DNA of 60,211 bases, the filler included, from Dugesia japonica (lineage: Eukaryota), in NCBI GenBank assembly GCA_001938525.1. It is 5 parts of 5 records of this genome, joined end to end, with 100 filler letters (N's around TTAATTAATTAA, not from the genome) between each part and the next. Parts side by side here need not be neighbours in the genome. Positions count along the whole stretch, not along the records: positions 27,040 to 39,975 come from MQRL01209270.1; 4 more parts are not named here. One strand, written 5' to 3'. Positions 27,040 to 39,609 of this stretch are shown piece after piece. Each line of letters opens with the position of its first letter. The stretch's first letter is position 1. A program made the translations under genes and the position numbers. The notes under the pieces were generated by a model, which saw only the letters and a program-made list of their open reading frames with translations, did no database searches and was not told the DNA's origin.

Positions 27040-28990
27040 AAAGCAAGGAGAGTTAAGGCGAATACTAAACATAAAGAGAAAATCAAGCAAATATAAGTGA
27101 TTGAACCGAACAACGAGGAATCATCATGGAATGAAATGAGAAAAGCGTATCAAAATCAACAAGATAGTAGAAAAGATCAAGATGTGAAATTTAAATCAGA
27201 CTTTTACTTAAAAAATAACAACTATAATATCAAGTCCTGGAAGATAATATAACAATTACAACAGAAATTCTAGTTCAAGTAGAAATTGCGAATGGAATGC
27301 AAGTCCAGCAAGAGGGTATAATCGAGATAATAGAAGATTTAGTCCAAAAGGATATGATAATAGAAGAAGTCCAAGCCCATATTTTTCAAACGAAGGTAAG
27401 GATAAATTGAATAANAAAGTGCAGATAAAGTATTACAATTGTAATAAATATGGACATATGACAAGAGTATACAGAAGCAAACCAAATGATTCCAGAGATA
27501 TTCTGAAAAAAAATGTATCATTCAATCCAGTAACAAGAGAAACTAGTGCTATTGAAATAGTAGACAATGAAGCTTATGAGAATATGAAAATTGAATTAGA
27601 AGATGTGAAAATACATTATCAGCGAATGATGGAACGACAACAAGAAAGAGGTGAATATGAAATAAATGTGTGTGTGAACCAATAGAAGTGGATTTAGATG
27701 TAATCAATGAAAGAAAACAAGAGATATTAATTGAAAATGTTAGATAAGAAATAACAAAACAAAGAACTAACGAACTTAGATTGCTGCAATATTTAAAAAA
27801 TTTTAATGAATATCCCATCAATTTACAAAAAATCAAATCATTTAATAATCACGTTAGCAAAACATCGAAATAAAATAGAAATATCAGAAAATCTTGATGC
27901 GATAGATGAAATTCTCCAAAAATATAGTGATAATGTACAGAAAAATGAAAATTTGCAAGAAAATCTAAATATCCAAATAACGGCAGGGCAAGAAAATTGT
28001 TCTCTGACAGCATTAGAATTAAAAATGCATGCGTGTACAAAACCAAATAAACTATAAAAACAGTGAAAAAAAGACTGGCCAGTAGAATTGCAAAATGAAG
28101 GCGTGATACAATTATCGATTTATAATACAGAATTAAATGAGAATAAAGCATTAATTGAATATTGAGTTATTCCAGGTAATGTCAACATCATAAAAGCGAC
28201 AATAATGAAAATGTACCACAAGCATTAACAAATGATGAGCAACAGTCTATGGAAGAAATTTTGAGTATAATGGCGCAAGCAGATAAAGTTGATGAGGAAA
28301 GAGCGAGCAAACAAAAAAAGGAGACAAAACAGCTACCAACATCAAGCACAAGAGATGAAAGACCATCAACATCAGATAATGTAAAAAGTGAAATACTGAG
28401 ACAGAAAATATTTAAAGATAAGACATCAGATTACAAAAGATCAAGAGGCAGACCAAAATCAGAGGATGTTATACCAGAAAAAGTGCAAGTTGAACATTTA
28501 AATAATATATCACAGAGATATGATAAACAAGCATCAGCAGGATAGGATCAAGGACTTATAAGGATTCTAATCAAATTTGTGCATGCTGATCTATATGACT
28601 GTATAATAACTCAAAATAGAGCAATAATGATATTTGAAGACATGAAACTCATAATAAAAGAAGTGAACAAATTGACAATAACAGATCCCAAAATTGATGA
28701 TTATAAAGTATTGAAAACAATGATGAAAGAGGGAATAAACAAAAATAAAGTAGTTACAGCTATTTTGTATTTAATACTCAAAAATTGGGAACAATTGGTT
28801 GAGAGGCCTGCTAAAAATATTATGGTTTGTAGAACGATTAATTAATCAGTTCTTGAATAAAGGAATCAACGCGTGGATCACGCAAGAAGGAGGTTGGAAA
28901 ACGTCTTATCTAACAAGTAATCGAAAACCAAAAATTCAAAAAACAAAGCAAGAAAATGAAATAAAAAACTCATTAAGAAAGAAACAAAGA
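27040..28990 (+). pseudogene. gag: Gag-like region with a degenerate CCHC zinc knuckle and long coiled-coil/unknown extension
   Basis: KYYNCNKYGHMTRVYRS fits C-X2-C-X4-H-X4-C with two Cys-to-Tyr changes. Confidence 0.6.
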
Positions 28991-29009
28991 AATAAAATAA
29001 AATAAAAAT

Positions 29010-30800
29010 ATCGAATCCAATAATAATCCACTTGTATCAGGAATCTGATTTTATACACGCGGATGCATATGAATGTAGTGTAAAGTTCGAAGAAAAAGTA
29101 TCATATTGTGCCAATACACAAATAGTATCACTGATACCAGCTTGTTCTCCGGACATAGTAGTAATATATGCAAGTGATTTTGAGAAAGCATTTAAAACGA
29201 AAACCTTAAAAGTACATGGTAATGAGTTACAAGTAAAGGTTGGTGCAAAAGTAAAGCAAAAAGTAGATATTGTGGGATGGTCCACGGTAAGCGGATACTG
29301 TTAAGGAGGAAATTATAAAATATGGGGACAGGTAAAAGCCGATATCCTAATCAGAAGACAATATCATGCTCAATTAAGGAAAATAAAAGCAAAATTCGAC
29401 GCCGCTACGGAAAAAATGATGAAATATCGATTTTGTAGATTAAAAAATGCAGGTTGTGATACCAGAGAGTCCATGATTACATACAAAGTAAACCCATTTG
29501 AATGAACACTTACAAAATTAAGAACAGTAGAAGTTAGTGGAACTCAACCAACGAATAAGTCACCTAACATCCGAGATAAAAAGATGAAAACAACAGTAAT
29601 AAATGAAAAAGCAACACAAACAGTGAATTTATCAAATTCAACACAAGAAGCGTTAATACTTATTGAAAAAAGAGCAGACGCCAAGTGTGGTGTGACAGTA
29701 AAAGTAACCAATTACAACGGTTTATATTTGTCAACAACGGAAATTAGAGATGCCAGACCAGAAGTAGACAAATTGGATATGAGAATAGCTACTTATTTCA
29801 ACAAAAAAATTGATTATCTATATCATGAAATATTGAGACAAGTAGATAGAATATATCAGGTAACTATCATGAGAAATTGTAAAACCGACTGAGAATTATT
29901 GAGAACAAAAATGGCAATGGTAGTCACAAATCCTGATTTGGTTGCACCACTTTTGTTTGAGGAAAGAGAAACATTTTGGAAAATAGTGGGAGAAACTTTA
30001 GTGAGTTTAAAATGCAAACCAGTAGCAGTTACGCTTATAGATCATGAGAAATGTACTAATGAATTATTAGTAATTTATAAAGGAAAAAAAGGATTCTTGC
30101 TTCCAATAACAAGAATTCTAACAGGTGATTGAAAAATGCAATAACATTCTTGATCCGTATGCATAAATTAACTGAAGAGGTATGGATAACAGTATCGGAT
30201 AGGAAAACAGCACCAACTCCACTAATGAGGGAACTGATAGGGCTCAGTAGAACAACCGAAATGGAATGGATTGATAATATGGAAAAGCGTGGTATTTATA
30301 CAATTAGCGATATTGAGAAAGCAAGAAAACATGCTTTTTCCAATACAAAGAGAAAAAATAATATCAGTAATGGTGGAAAAATTAGTGGAAAGAATTGAAA
30401 ATATGGAAAATTGTGGTATCTATACAATTAATGATATTGAAAAAGCAAGAAAGCATATACTTTTTCCAATACAAAGAAAAAAATTAATATCAGTAATGGT
30501 GTAAAAATTAGTGAAAGGGAGTAATGGAGACGATGTAAATTTTGAATCACTGTTACACGCAGATCATTTTAAAAGGGCAATGCTTAATTTCGTAGATAGA
30601 TTTTTGGGGGAAATGCAATGGTTTGGCAATATATTCTCATGTATTTTATTTGGATGGTATGTATTAACGTTCGTAAAATTAGCGGGTCATCAAATTCTTT
30701 CTTTAAAACAATTATATGCAGTTTTTGGTTACACATGGAAACTAGGAGCATGTTTATATCCATTCATCGCAAAACATATAATTATGCAAAACAATAGTGA
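29010..30800 (+). pseudogene. env: Chuvirus-type (class III, gB-like) envelope glycoprotein, disrupted
   Basis: Motifs in order: LYQE..ECSV..SYC, VGW...GYC*GG.Y, FCRLKNAGCDT, KCG...TNY.GLY, YFNKKIDYL, NC, VGE..SLKCKPVAV...KCTNELLVIY...FLLPITRIL, GIYT..DIEKARKHILFP, then hydrophobic WFGNIFSCILFGWYVLTFV and LYAVFGYTWKLGACLYPF. Confidence 0.82.
30270..30519 (+). repeat. Tandem duplication of about 124 bp inside the glycoprotein
   Basis: IDNMEKRGIYTISDIEKARKH.FPIQREKIISVMVEKLV is repeated as IENMENCGIYTINDIEKARKHILFPIQRKKLISVMV*KLV. Confidence 0.9.
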
Positions 30801-30999
30801 AAAAATAAAAAATCTAGAGAAACATAGAGGCATATATACAGTAAACATAGATGATAAACAAGAATTAACTAAATTAACTAATGACAAATATTGCAAATCA
30901 TTAGACATTGAATATAAGCCATATAAACATGAAAATATCGAACTAAAAGATATAAAGATTAGTGATCAATTGCAATACAAGTATCAAAAAAATTATTCA

Positions 31000-31350
31000 A
31001 TTTCAGTTATAGATTCAGACAATTATCTATTAAAAATAGATATCATAATAAATGAAATCAGTATACCTTCACTAATAGATACAGGAGCAGTATGCTCAAT
31101 AATAAAAGAGTCGTGGTTAAGTAACTCTCTCAAGCAAAAAATAAAAAATTATAAACCAGAGGGTATAAAATCCTTTACAGGTCATTTAATAAAAATAAAA
31201 GGCAAAATTGAATGTACAGTCGCAGTTGGACAAGAAATTAGTACACGTTCTTTTAGAGTTATGGAGAAAGGAACACAGAATTGTATTTTGGGAATGAATT
31301 TTCTTACAAGATTTATGGGTTATGGTATTGATTTACAAAATAATACACTA
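31000..31350 (+). pseudogene. Retropepsin aspartic protease domain
   Basis: SLIDTGAVCSII and CILGMNFL, within ORF 30511-31428. Confidence 0.92.
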
Positions 31351-31939
31351 ACGATGGTGACGCTGTTACCATTACAAATTGAGTATAATGAGGTATTCGT
31401 AACAGAATTAATAACAGTAGAGCGTTGAAGGGAATGTATAATACCAATAAACACAGAATTACAAAGCAAAAATTCATATATTTTTGAACCAAATGATAAA
31501 TTAATGGAAAAACAAAATTTATCAATAATGCCTGAATGTGTAGAACCAAGAAAGGGTACAATACCAATAAGAATAGCAAACTACGACAATTATGGTGTGA
31601 CACTCCAAAAAGATACAAAATTAAGAAAATTATTTGAAAATGGTAATGAATATGAAATATATGAAATTGTAGTTGAGGAACAGGCAAAGAAAATAAATTT
31701 AAAGAGAAAAAATAAACAATTTTTATCTNATTATCCAAAGAGCATAAAATCAGAAAAAAAGGCATGTCAGTTAAATTGTCACGAACTATTCGAACTTATA
31801 GTGGATCAACAGGAAAAAACTGAAAAACTAACTGACACAGAATTAATAAAACCAAAACAAACTATTACGAGAAAACAAAGATTACGAATACAGATCTTAC
31901 GATGAGTTAAAAGCAACAAATACAGAAATTATTAGATAA

Positions 31940-33130
31940 ATATTAAGATGCATTTGCTAAGCATGAATTTGATATGGGAGGAACAAATATTATAAAACAT
32001 ATAATTGATACAGGCGACGCAGAGCCACTAAAGCAACGACCATATGTAGCACATATGTGTTGAGGCCAGAGATAAAAAGACAAGTAGCGAAACAAAATGC
32101 AAATGGAATCATACGGGATAGTTTTTTTTAATGGGCATCACCATTAGTACCAGTTAAAAAGAAAGACAAAGAAATTCGAATGTGTAAAGATTATAGAAAA
32201 CTCAATGAAGTCACGAAAAATGATACTCATCCATTCCCAAAGATACACGAGCAATTTAATAAATTAATGAATGCGCAACATTTTGCAAGTTTAGGTGCCA
32301 ATAAATGTTATAATGTAATTCCAGTGCAGGAAGAAGTTCGAGAGAAAACAGCATTTTGTACCGATGATGGGCTATATGAATTTTTCAGATTATCATTTCG
32401 ATTATGCAATGCACCAGCTACATTTTAAGGATTGATGAACACAGTATTAACATGTGTGGAACATGTAGTTATATATATAGATTATATACTGATAGCATCC
32501 AAATCGTTCGAACAACATTTGGTTAACATAGAAAATGTCTTGTCTAGAATCAGAAAAGCAAATATCAAATTAAAACCAACAAAATGTAAATAAGCAAAGG
32601 AAAGTGTTTTATTCCTCGGACATATTGCATCATTAAAAGGATTAGAACCAAATCCAGAAAAAGTGAAAGCAGTTCAAGATTTCCCAGTGCCAAAAAGCGT
32701 ACAACAGTAACAAGGATTTAATGGCGTAGTGAGATATTACTAGAGGCTTATAGAAAACTTTTGCAAAGATAGCAGCACCATTGGTAGAATTAACAAAAGG
32801 CATGAAAACCAAAGGTGAAAGTAAAAACATTATGATTGTAGAGCTTTTAGATGAAAAATCAAAAAAACCTCAAAAGAAGTGGGGTCCAAAGCAACAAGAA
32901 GCCTTCGATACACTAAAACAACGACTGTTAACAGCTTTAATACTAAGATACCCAGATTTTACCAAACAATTTATAGTGATGACACATGCAAGCGGATATT
33001 CCATGGGAGCATTACTGGGACAAGAATACGAGAAAAATAAATACTGTGTCATCGCATATACGATGAGAATGTTGAAAGGAGCACAGAAGAGATAGTCAAC
33101 GATTGAGAAAGAATGCTTAGATATTATATG
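31940..33130 (+). pseudogene. pol: Gypsy reverse transcriptase and RNase H, disrupted
   Basis: IKHIIDTGDAEPLKQRPY, WASPLVPVKKKD, RMCKDYRKLN, KTAF, LCNAPATF, VIYIDYILI (degenerate YxDD), FLGHI, FAKIAAPL, YPDFTKQFIVMTHASGYSMGALLGQ and STIEKECL. Confidence 0.95.
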
Positions 33131-33732
33131 CCTAAAAAGAAAACTAGTGTTAACCTAGTAGATGAAACAGTTGTCAGAGAAATCTGACCTAGATCATTAG
33201 AAGCTATAATCGATGAAATTGATCAAGGTGGTGTATTAAATGAACCGGCGATGTCAGATACATGCTGTAAAATCTTACAAGTAAACAGAAAATTAAAGCC
33301 TGAAATGAAAATTGAAAACGTTGGACCATGGGAACCCAAGGAAGTTAATGCTGTTGTTAAAATAAATCTCTGAAAAATTATTAAAAAGATTATTTGATGA
33401 AAATACCAGGAACATAATTCATAGCTGCTCAAGCCTTGGCAGTGTCAGCAATAATTATTCAAAATTCATTGTTGAGTGAAACNNNNNNNNNNNNNNNCTT
33501 AAATTAAAATTAGCAAAGCTATCAATGATAATTTATAATGTATTTGAACAATTGACAATGAATTCAACTAAATGTAATGATCAGCAGCAAAGTAGTGAAG
33601 AACCAAGATATGAAATCAATATTGAAAAAAGTGAAATACCATGTTCCGAAGCAACAAACAGAACACTTTAGCCTGCAGAGAGAGTAATAGAGAATCCTAT
33701 TCAAATAATACTAATGATATTGATTATATATA

Positions 33733-34105
33733 TTGATTATATATATGATATTGATTATATTGATTATAATGATATTGATTATATTGTGGAGAACAAATGG
33801 GTTAATTACATATAATTGTCATTATTCTAGCTTTACGGGAATCTACTCACTGGTGGATGCAGTGAGATTAAGTGAAGCATATCCTACAAAATTACAAGTC
33901 CATCGACCAACAAAGTAATATATTTACCAAGAAACAGAGTATTATTGAACTAAAGTTAGAGAATATTGAGTACAGAAAGCAGTGTTTGAATATTATTGTA
34001 GAGTTCATGGTTATACTAATGTTTTATAAGCCAAACTCATACTAATGTGCCACCTGAAGACAGTCAGGACACATTTAGAACAGGAAAGTTAAAGTTCGAG
34101 ATCAA
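33733..34105 (+). pseudogene. N-terminal fragment of a second chuvirus-type glycoprotein
   Basis: Hydrophobic signal-like stretch, then GLITYNC...YSLVD, YIYQETEY...EYYCRVHG and PPEDSQDTFRTGKLKF. Confidence 0.6.
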
Positions 34106-34199
34106 ATAAAGCTATAGTAGAAGATAGTCTTCTGAATAAAATAGACAGAATCTGTAATTAAAATAGAAAATTATCTCACTGGAACAAATGGCGGAAAAT

Positions 34200-34450
34200 T
34201 ATATATTATTAAATATTCATAATGTGATATGAAAATGTGCGATGAAGATATAAAACATGATGTCAAAATCATCCAAAGATACCCAGTCAAATGTATTTTG
34301 TATTTGCTAGTATTTGCTAGTAGACGAAATACAGGAGTAAAAACAAGAGTACCATTGAAACCAATGCCAGTTTCTATATTACCAATAGAAATTCTCGCGA
34401 TGGATGTGTTGGGGTCATTCAAATCAACAAATTATTTATCTCACGAGTGT
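34200..34450 (+). pseudogene. Gypsy integrase N-terminal fragment
   Basis: VPLKPMPVSILPIEILAMDVLG follows a degenerate zinc-binding region. Confidence 0.7.
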
Positions 34451-35444
34451 ATTAGAACCAGATCCAGATTGGGATAATGACATGATTATATAAACGAAGA
34501 AATCAAAAATACTCTAGAGTGAAAACCCAGAAAATACTTCGGACAGAGTTACTTTTTGTGAAGGTCATAGTGAATGAGTTGCTAATGACATAAATACGTA
34601 TAAGAAAGACTACACAATATTCAAACGGGGAAACAAAATTACACAATATGGTGGCAAAAATGTAAAGAAGACATTCCTATTTTTCAAATTAAAATCCAAA
34701 CCACACCACATCCAAACGACAGATCAGGTTTAAAGTGGACTTTTGTCTCAAGTATTTGTGGATCGTTAGATGAGAGTTGCTTACGTTTATTCTTATTGTT
34801 ATGAAGCCAATCAATGCTCAGATCTAGTTGTTAATGTCTCCAAAAGACTAATGGAAAATATTTTCAAAAAAGCAAGTGACAAAGACCCAAACACTTGGCA
34901 AAAGCTTGATTCCAAATTCAAGTTACCAGTAAGATATTATTGTGGACAAGAAGTTGAGCAGTTTGCTCTATTAAAATTTGACATAGATAAAAACCGATTA
35001 TATGTTAGTAAACAGTCCTATATCTTGTACTCAATGGTTTATATCCTCGAGCACATCGGAAAATCACTGTTCACGATTCAAAGATTTATCAATGACAAAA
35101 AAATTGGTCAACAAACTGGTCAGCTAGGTTGAGGTTCCTAAAAAGAAGAAAAACTTTCAGCTTGCAGAAGTGCAGAGTAGAACAAATCCAAAAAGAGAAA
35201 AAGTTCCAGCAATTTCGTGCCTATGATCTTTTTTTCTCAATATCTCGAACCTTAGTATATAGTGGATATGACTTTTTTTAGCAATCCAAAATTTAAATAT
35301 TCTATCTAATACAACTGACTTTATATTTTATTTGTATTGATACTTAATTGATATTTAATACAGTACAAATTATGTATTGGACAATTTGTTATTCTTATTG
35401 TTTTAGTTTTACTTTTAAAAATGTTGATTTTGATAAAATTTTCA

Positions 35445-35493
35445 GGACGAAAATATTTTTTCGGGGGAACATATGTGATGAACCATCACATAT
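35445..35493 (+). mobile_element. Polypurine tract and start of a 3' LTR
   Basis: aggacgaaaatattttttcGGGGGAAcata followed by TGTGATG at 35474, a typical Gypsy PPT-TG junction. Confidence 0.6.
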
Positions 35494-36332
35494 AAAGTTT
35501 TAAATTAAGAATAATTTTTACTAAATTTTAGTTTTTGTTTTAGTTAATAAAGGGTAAGCAATATTTAGAATATAATTACAAAAAATTAGTAATAATAATG
35601 AATTGTTAAAATAATGTTTTCTTTAAAAATTCCTAAAAATTTTTAACATTTAATAAAAAATGATATGTAAAATAAACAAAAAATTATTTAGAAAGAAATT
35701 ATGAATGGAGTTACGTTGGCTCAGAAACTTCCCTATAGATGCTTTTGAAATTTGTTCAAATAAATTATTTTAGTGTTTTTCACGTAATTTTTAAATTTTG
35801 TCAGTACATTTTTAAATTTAGCCAAATTTGTAATATTTAAATATCATTTTTAACTAAAATTTACCGAAAAGCTTACTCNAAAAATTTAAAATATTTTTCC
35901 TTTTTTAATTAAAAGTATGAAAAGTAATTTCCAAACACATTTAATTTAAGTATGGCTTAAACAAAAACAATTTTTAAAATTGAAAGTCCAAAATTGATTT
36001 TCTAATTTTTAAAATGACATGTCAAAAATTAAAAGACAAATAAAAAAAGATAACATTTAGTACTCTTAATATTCATTTGTTAATTCATTTAATTATTGGA
36101 AAAAATTTATTAAACTTTAAATGTGTGTGTTATGATATTTTATGTTTCGCTGGGTTTAGTTTTCTATATACTTTCAATTGTTTTCAAACTTGTCAAACTG
36201 AAAAAGTACCCAGAAAATTAGAAATTATTTTATCATAGGAATTCAATAAAATTTTAAGAAATAATCACTCTTTTAGTTATTTTTATTTACAAATTATTAA
36301 TTTTTATTAGTATTTATATTGAATCTAGCATA

Positions 36333-37160
36333 ATGCAAAATGAAAGTTTAAATGAAAAATCCTTTCATTTTTCAGATAAGTTGTTTAAATAATCATATAT
36401 TATAAATCAAATTTTAAAGTAATATAATGAGTGAATCTTTTATAAAATATGCTAAGGCAATCGGTGTAAATATTGAAGATAATGACATTCATCTAATCAA
36501 TATAGCTTATAAAGGTTTTACAGAGGAATTAGGTGTGAAGTATGTTTACGAAGTAATTTATTTTAGATCATAATTTTTATTTTTTTAAATATAGATAATT
36601 AATAAAAAAATTGCATATAAAAATACTGATAGTGGTGATATTTATGCTATTCATCCAAATTATAAGTTATATCGTAATATTGTTAATGATTATAAATTAA
36701 AGCGTGTTTCTTTTGAAAATATTCTAAAACATAACTTGATACATCAATTTGATAACAACATTGATGAACTTGAAAAAGATTTAAAGAAGTTAGATTTTGA
36801 ATATCAAACTGAAGTTGATTTAATGGGAAAACATGTTAAGAAAGCTTGTAGCCATTTGAGTGACAGTAAAATATTATTACTTGCTGAACTTACACAAAAA
36901 TATGATAACATTGAAAAGTGTAAGGAGGAGTCTAAAGTATTTGATTTAATAATAATATTTGGTTAAATTAATTTTAGACATTATATAAAATTTGTCAAAT
37001 TGAATTAGAAAAAATTTGCGAACAAATGATCTCTATTGAGGGGCACAATCTAGAGAAAGAAACAGAACCATTATTAAATCTTGATTATTCTACTGATAAA
37101 TCACTTCTCTATATTAAATCAAATTTTGATGAGAATTCGGAGGAAGATTTTGTGTTGTAA
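36333..37160 (+). CDS. Predicted 4-exon host gene, 234 aa; divergent CEP164-like N-terminal region followed by coiled coil
   Basis: Exons 36333-36379, 36420-36552, 36595-36936 and 36978-37160, with GT-AG introns of 40, 42 and 41 nt. The spliced frame is open from ATG to TAA (705 nt). Confidence 0.72.
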
Positions 37161-37468
37161 TTGAAATTATTACGAAATTTCGTACTAAATTTTTCAAAAT
37201 TAAAAGCTGCACAAAAATGATTGGTTATTTTAATGTTGCTAGATTGCGAAAATGTAAATGTAATCGATTCTGCTGCATAGTATGTTTTAATGTAGATTTA
37301 TAATAAATCCTATCAATTAGTTTTAATATATTCTCTTGATTATTTATTTATTGATTACCTTTAATTATTTATTTTTATTAAAATATTATATTATTTCATA
37401 ACTTCTAATGTTTATCTATGAATTTAATATACATTGGAAAAAATTCACTATTTTAATAAGTCAACTAC

Positions 37469-37660
37469 TCACAGAAAACAAAAGGTGATGAAAATGTAAC
37501 ATTTGTTATTATTTATTAAAGTTTTAATCACATTATTACGAGCTCCCGTATCCAAAAGACCTTCCATTACAACTCCAATTATTATTGTTATATTTGATCT
37601 GTCCTGCATTTTATCGAAACTTATTTCTACATGTTGACCTCCTGACAATACTCCCACCCA
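37469..37660 (-). pseudogene. Isolated retropepsin fragment
   Basis: IIGVVMEGLLDTGARNNVI. Confidence 0.65.
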
Positions 37661-37734
37661 CTCTTCAACATTATCCGCACGAAACTTCTCTTTTTTCAGA
37701 AAACTATATATTTTCTCAGATAAGAAAATATTGT

Positions 37735-38296
37735 TATGATTGTATAGGGTTAATGAGTATATTATTTGTATAGTTACCTTGTATTATTTACATAACAACC
37801 ATGTATTATAAGGATTATGAGTGTATTATTACATAGTAACCCTGTATTATAGCGTTTATGAGTATATTATTTGCAGTTAACATATATTATTTACATCCAA
37901 CCGTGTATTATATGGTTTACGAGTCTATTATTTACATATTAACCGTGTAATATTAGGTTTTTAATTGTATTATTTGCTTTGTTACTATGCAATATTTACA
38001 TAACAACCGTTTGATATATGGTTTTGTGTGTCTTGGTTACATAGTAACCATGTTTTATCGGGTTTATGAGAATTTTATTTACATATTAACCGTGTAATAC
38101 AAGGTTTATGAGTGTATTATTTGAATAGCAACCTTGTATTATTTATATAGCAACCATGAATTATAAGGTTTATGAAATATAAGACTTATGAGGGAATTAC
38201 TTACATAGCAAACGTGTAATATAAGGCTTGTAAAGGTATTTTTACATAGTTACCATGTAATATAAGGTTTATGAGTGCAATATTTGTATATTTACA
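37735..38296. repeat. Minisatellite with units of about 42 bp interspersed with subunits of about 22 bp
   Basis: tatttacatagtaaccatgtattataaggtttatgagtgtat is repeated degenerately. Confidence 0.85.
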
Positions 38297-38347
38297 TTGT
38301 ATTATTTACTTAAAATTATAGCTAATCAAAAGATTACTGAACAGGCA

Positions 38348-39219
38348 ATGCAAGAACGCATAGAAAAAGATGATAATACTACTAAAATTATTGAACCTCA
38401 AGACGACCAAATAAATTATGCATCTGAATTACATCATGAATATAGAAAAACAAGAAGATTTTTAAAAGTACAAATACATGATAAAGATCATACATGGGGA
38501 TGCGATATTGCGGATATGGTTAAAAAATCTATTGATCGAGATAAATATAGATATATTCTAGTTTGCATTGATTTATATACAAGATATGCTTTTGCATTCC
38601 AATGATAAATAAAATTCAAGAATCTTTAAGAGAAGCTTATGAAAATATATTTGAAGAAATAATAGAATACCAGATTACATCTGGTTTGATAAAGAATCAG
38701 CAATAAAATCAAAATACTTTGATAAATTTCTTAATGAAAATAATATTAAATTATATCACAGAGAATGAAGGTAAATCAGTTTTTGCTGAAAGATTAATAA
38801 AAACTTTGAAAAATAAAATGTTTAAATATTTTACATCAATTGGGAAACAGGAATGGAATAAAGCATTATTAGATAAAATAGTTAATGAATATAATAATTC
38901 AATTCATAGTAGTATTAAGTTATCACCAAAAGAAGCATCAGAAAATCCTGAGAAAATAAAAGATATAATTAGTCAGCATAATCATGCGAATGATAATATA
39001 ATAAATAAACATAGATTTCAAATAGGTGATAGAGTAAGAATATTCAAATATAAAAATAAATTTGAAAAAGGATATTCAACAAAATTTACTAATGAAATTT
39101 TTATAATAACTAAAGTTTATCATACTAAACCAATTACATATGGAAAAACTGATTTAAATAATGAAGATATATTAGGAAGATTTTATGATAACGAATTATT
39201 AAAAACTAATTTTAGGTGA
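38348..39219 (+). pseudogene. Second Polinton/adintovirus rve integrase, without chromodomain, frameshifted
   Basis: ASELHH, TWGCDIADM, YRYILVCIDLYTRYAF, WFDKESAI, KSVFAERLIKTLK, YNNSIHSSIK, FQIGDRVRI, FEKGY and GRFYDNEL. Confidence 0.92.
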
Positions 39220-39609
39220 ATTATTAAAAACTAATTTTTAAACGCAGTAACTAAAATAAATCTTCAATAATCTCTTCTTTTTCTCTGTCTAAATAGATAT
39301 AATTATATTTATCTTTCCAATGGTTTCTAATAAAATTATCAAAGGATAATTTATCTGGTTCTAATACTAATTAAACAACAATAATGATCATGAAAACGAA
39401 ATTAAATTTAATTAACCTTTGTCGATCATAGTTCAACTTATTTATTTCTTTATTTTTATCTTTAATCAAATACTCTAATTTCCCAAGAGTAAAATAAATA
39501 TTTTTTATATCCAATTCATCTATTAATATTTTCATGCGTATNNNNNNNNNNNNNNNNNNNNNNNNNNNNNNNNNNNNNNNNNNNNNNNNNNNNNNNNNNN
39601 NNNNNNNTC

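Larger units (their letters stand above)
27040..35493 (+). mobile_element. Decayed Ty3/Gypsy-type LTR retroelement in the order gag - glycoprotein - PR - RT - RH - (second glycoprotein start) - IN fragment - PPT/LTR
   Basis: All component domains listed below lie on the + strand in this order. A short N gap at 33483-33498 limits certainty about the 3' part. Confidence 0.8.

Noticed and set aside
29605-29625. EKATQT LC8-like motif in the glycoprotein
   Set aside because: It lies in the predicted ectodomain and has no second copy to show conservation, so it is probably chance.
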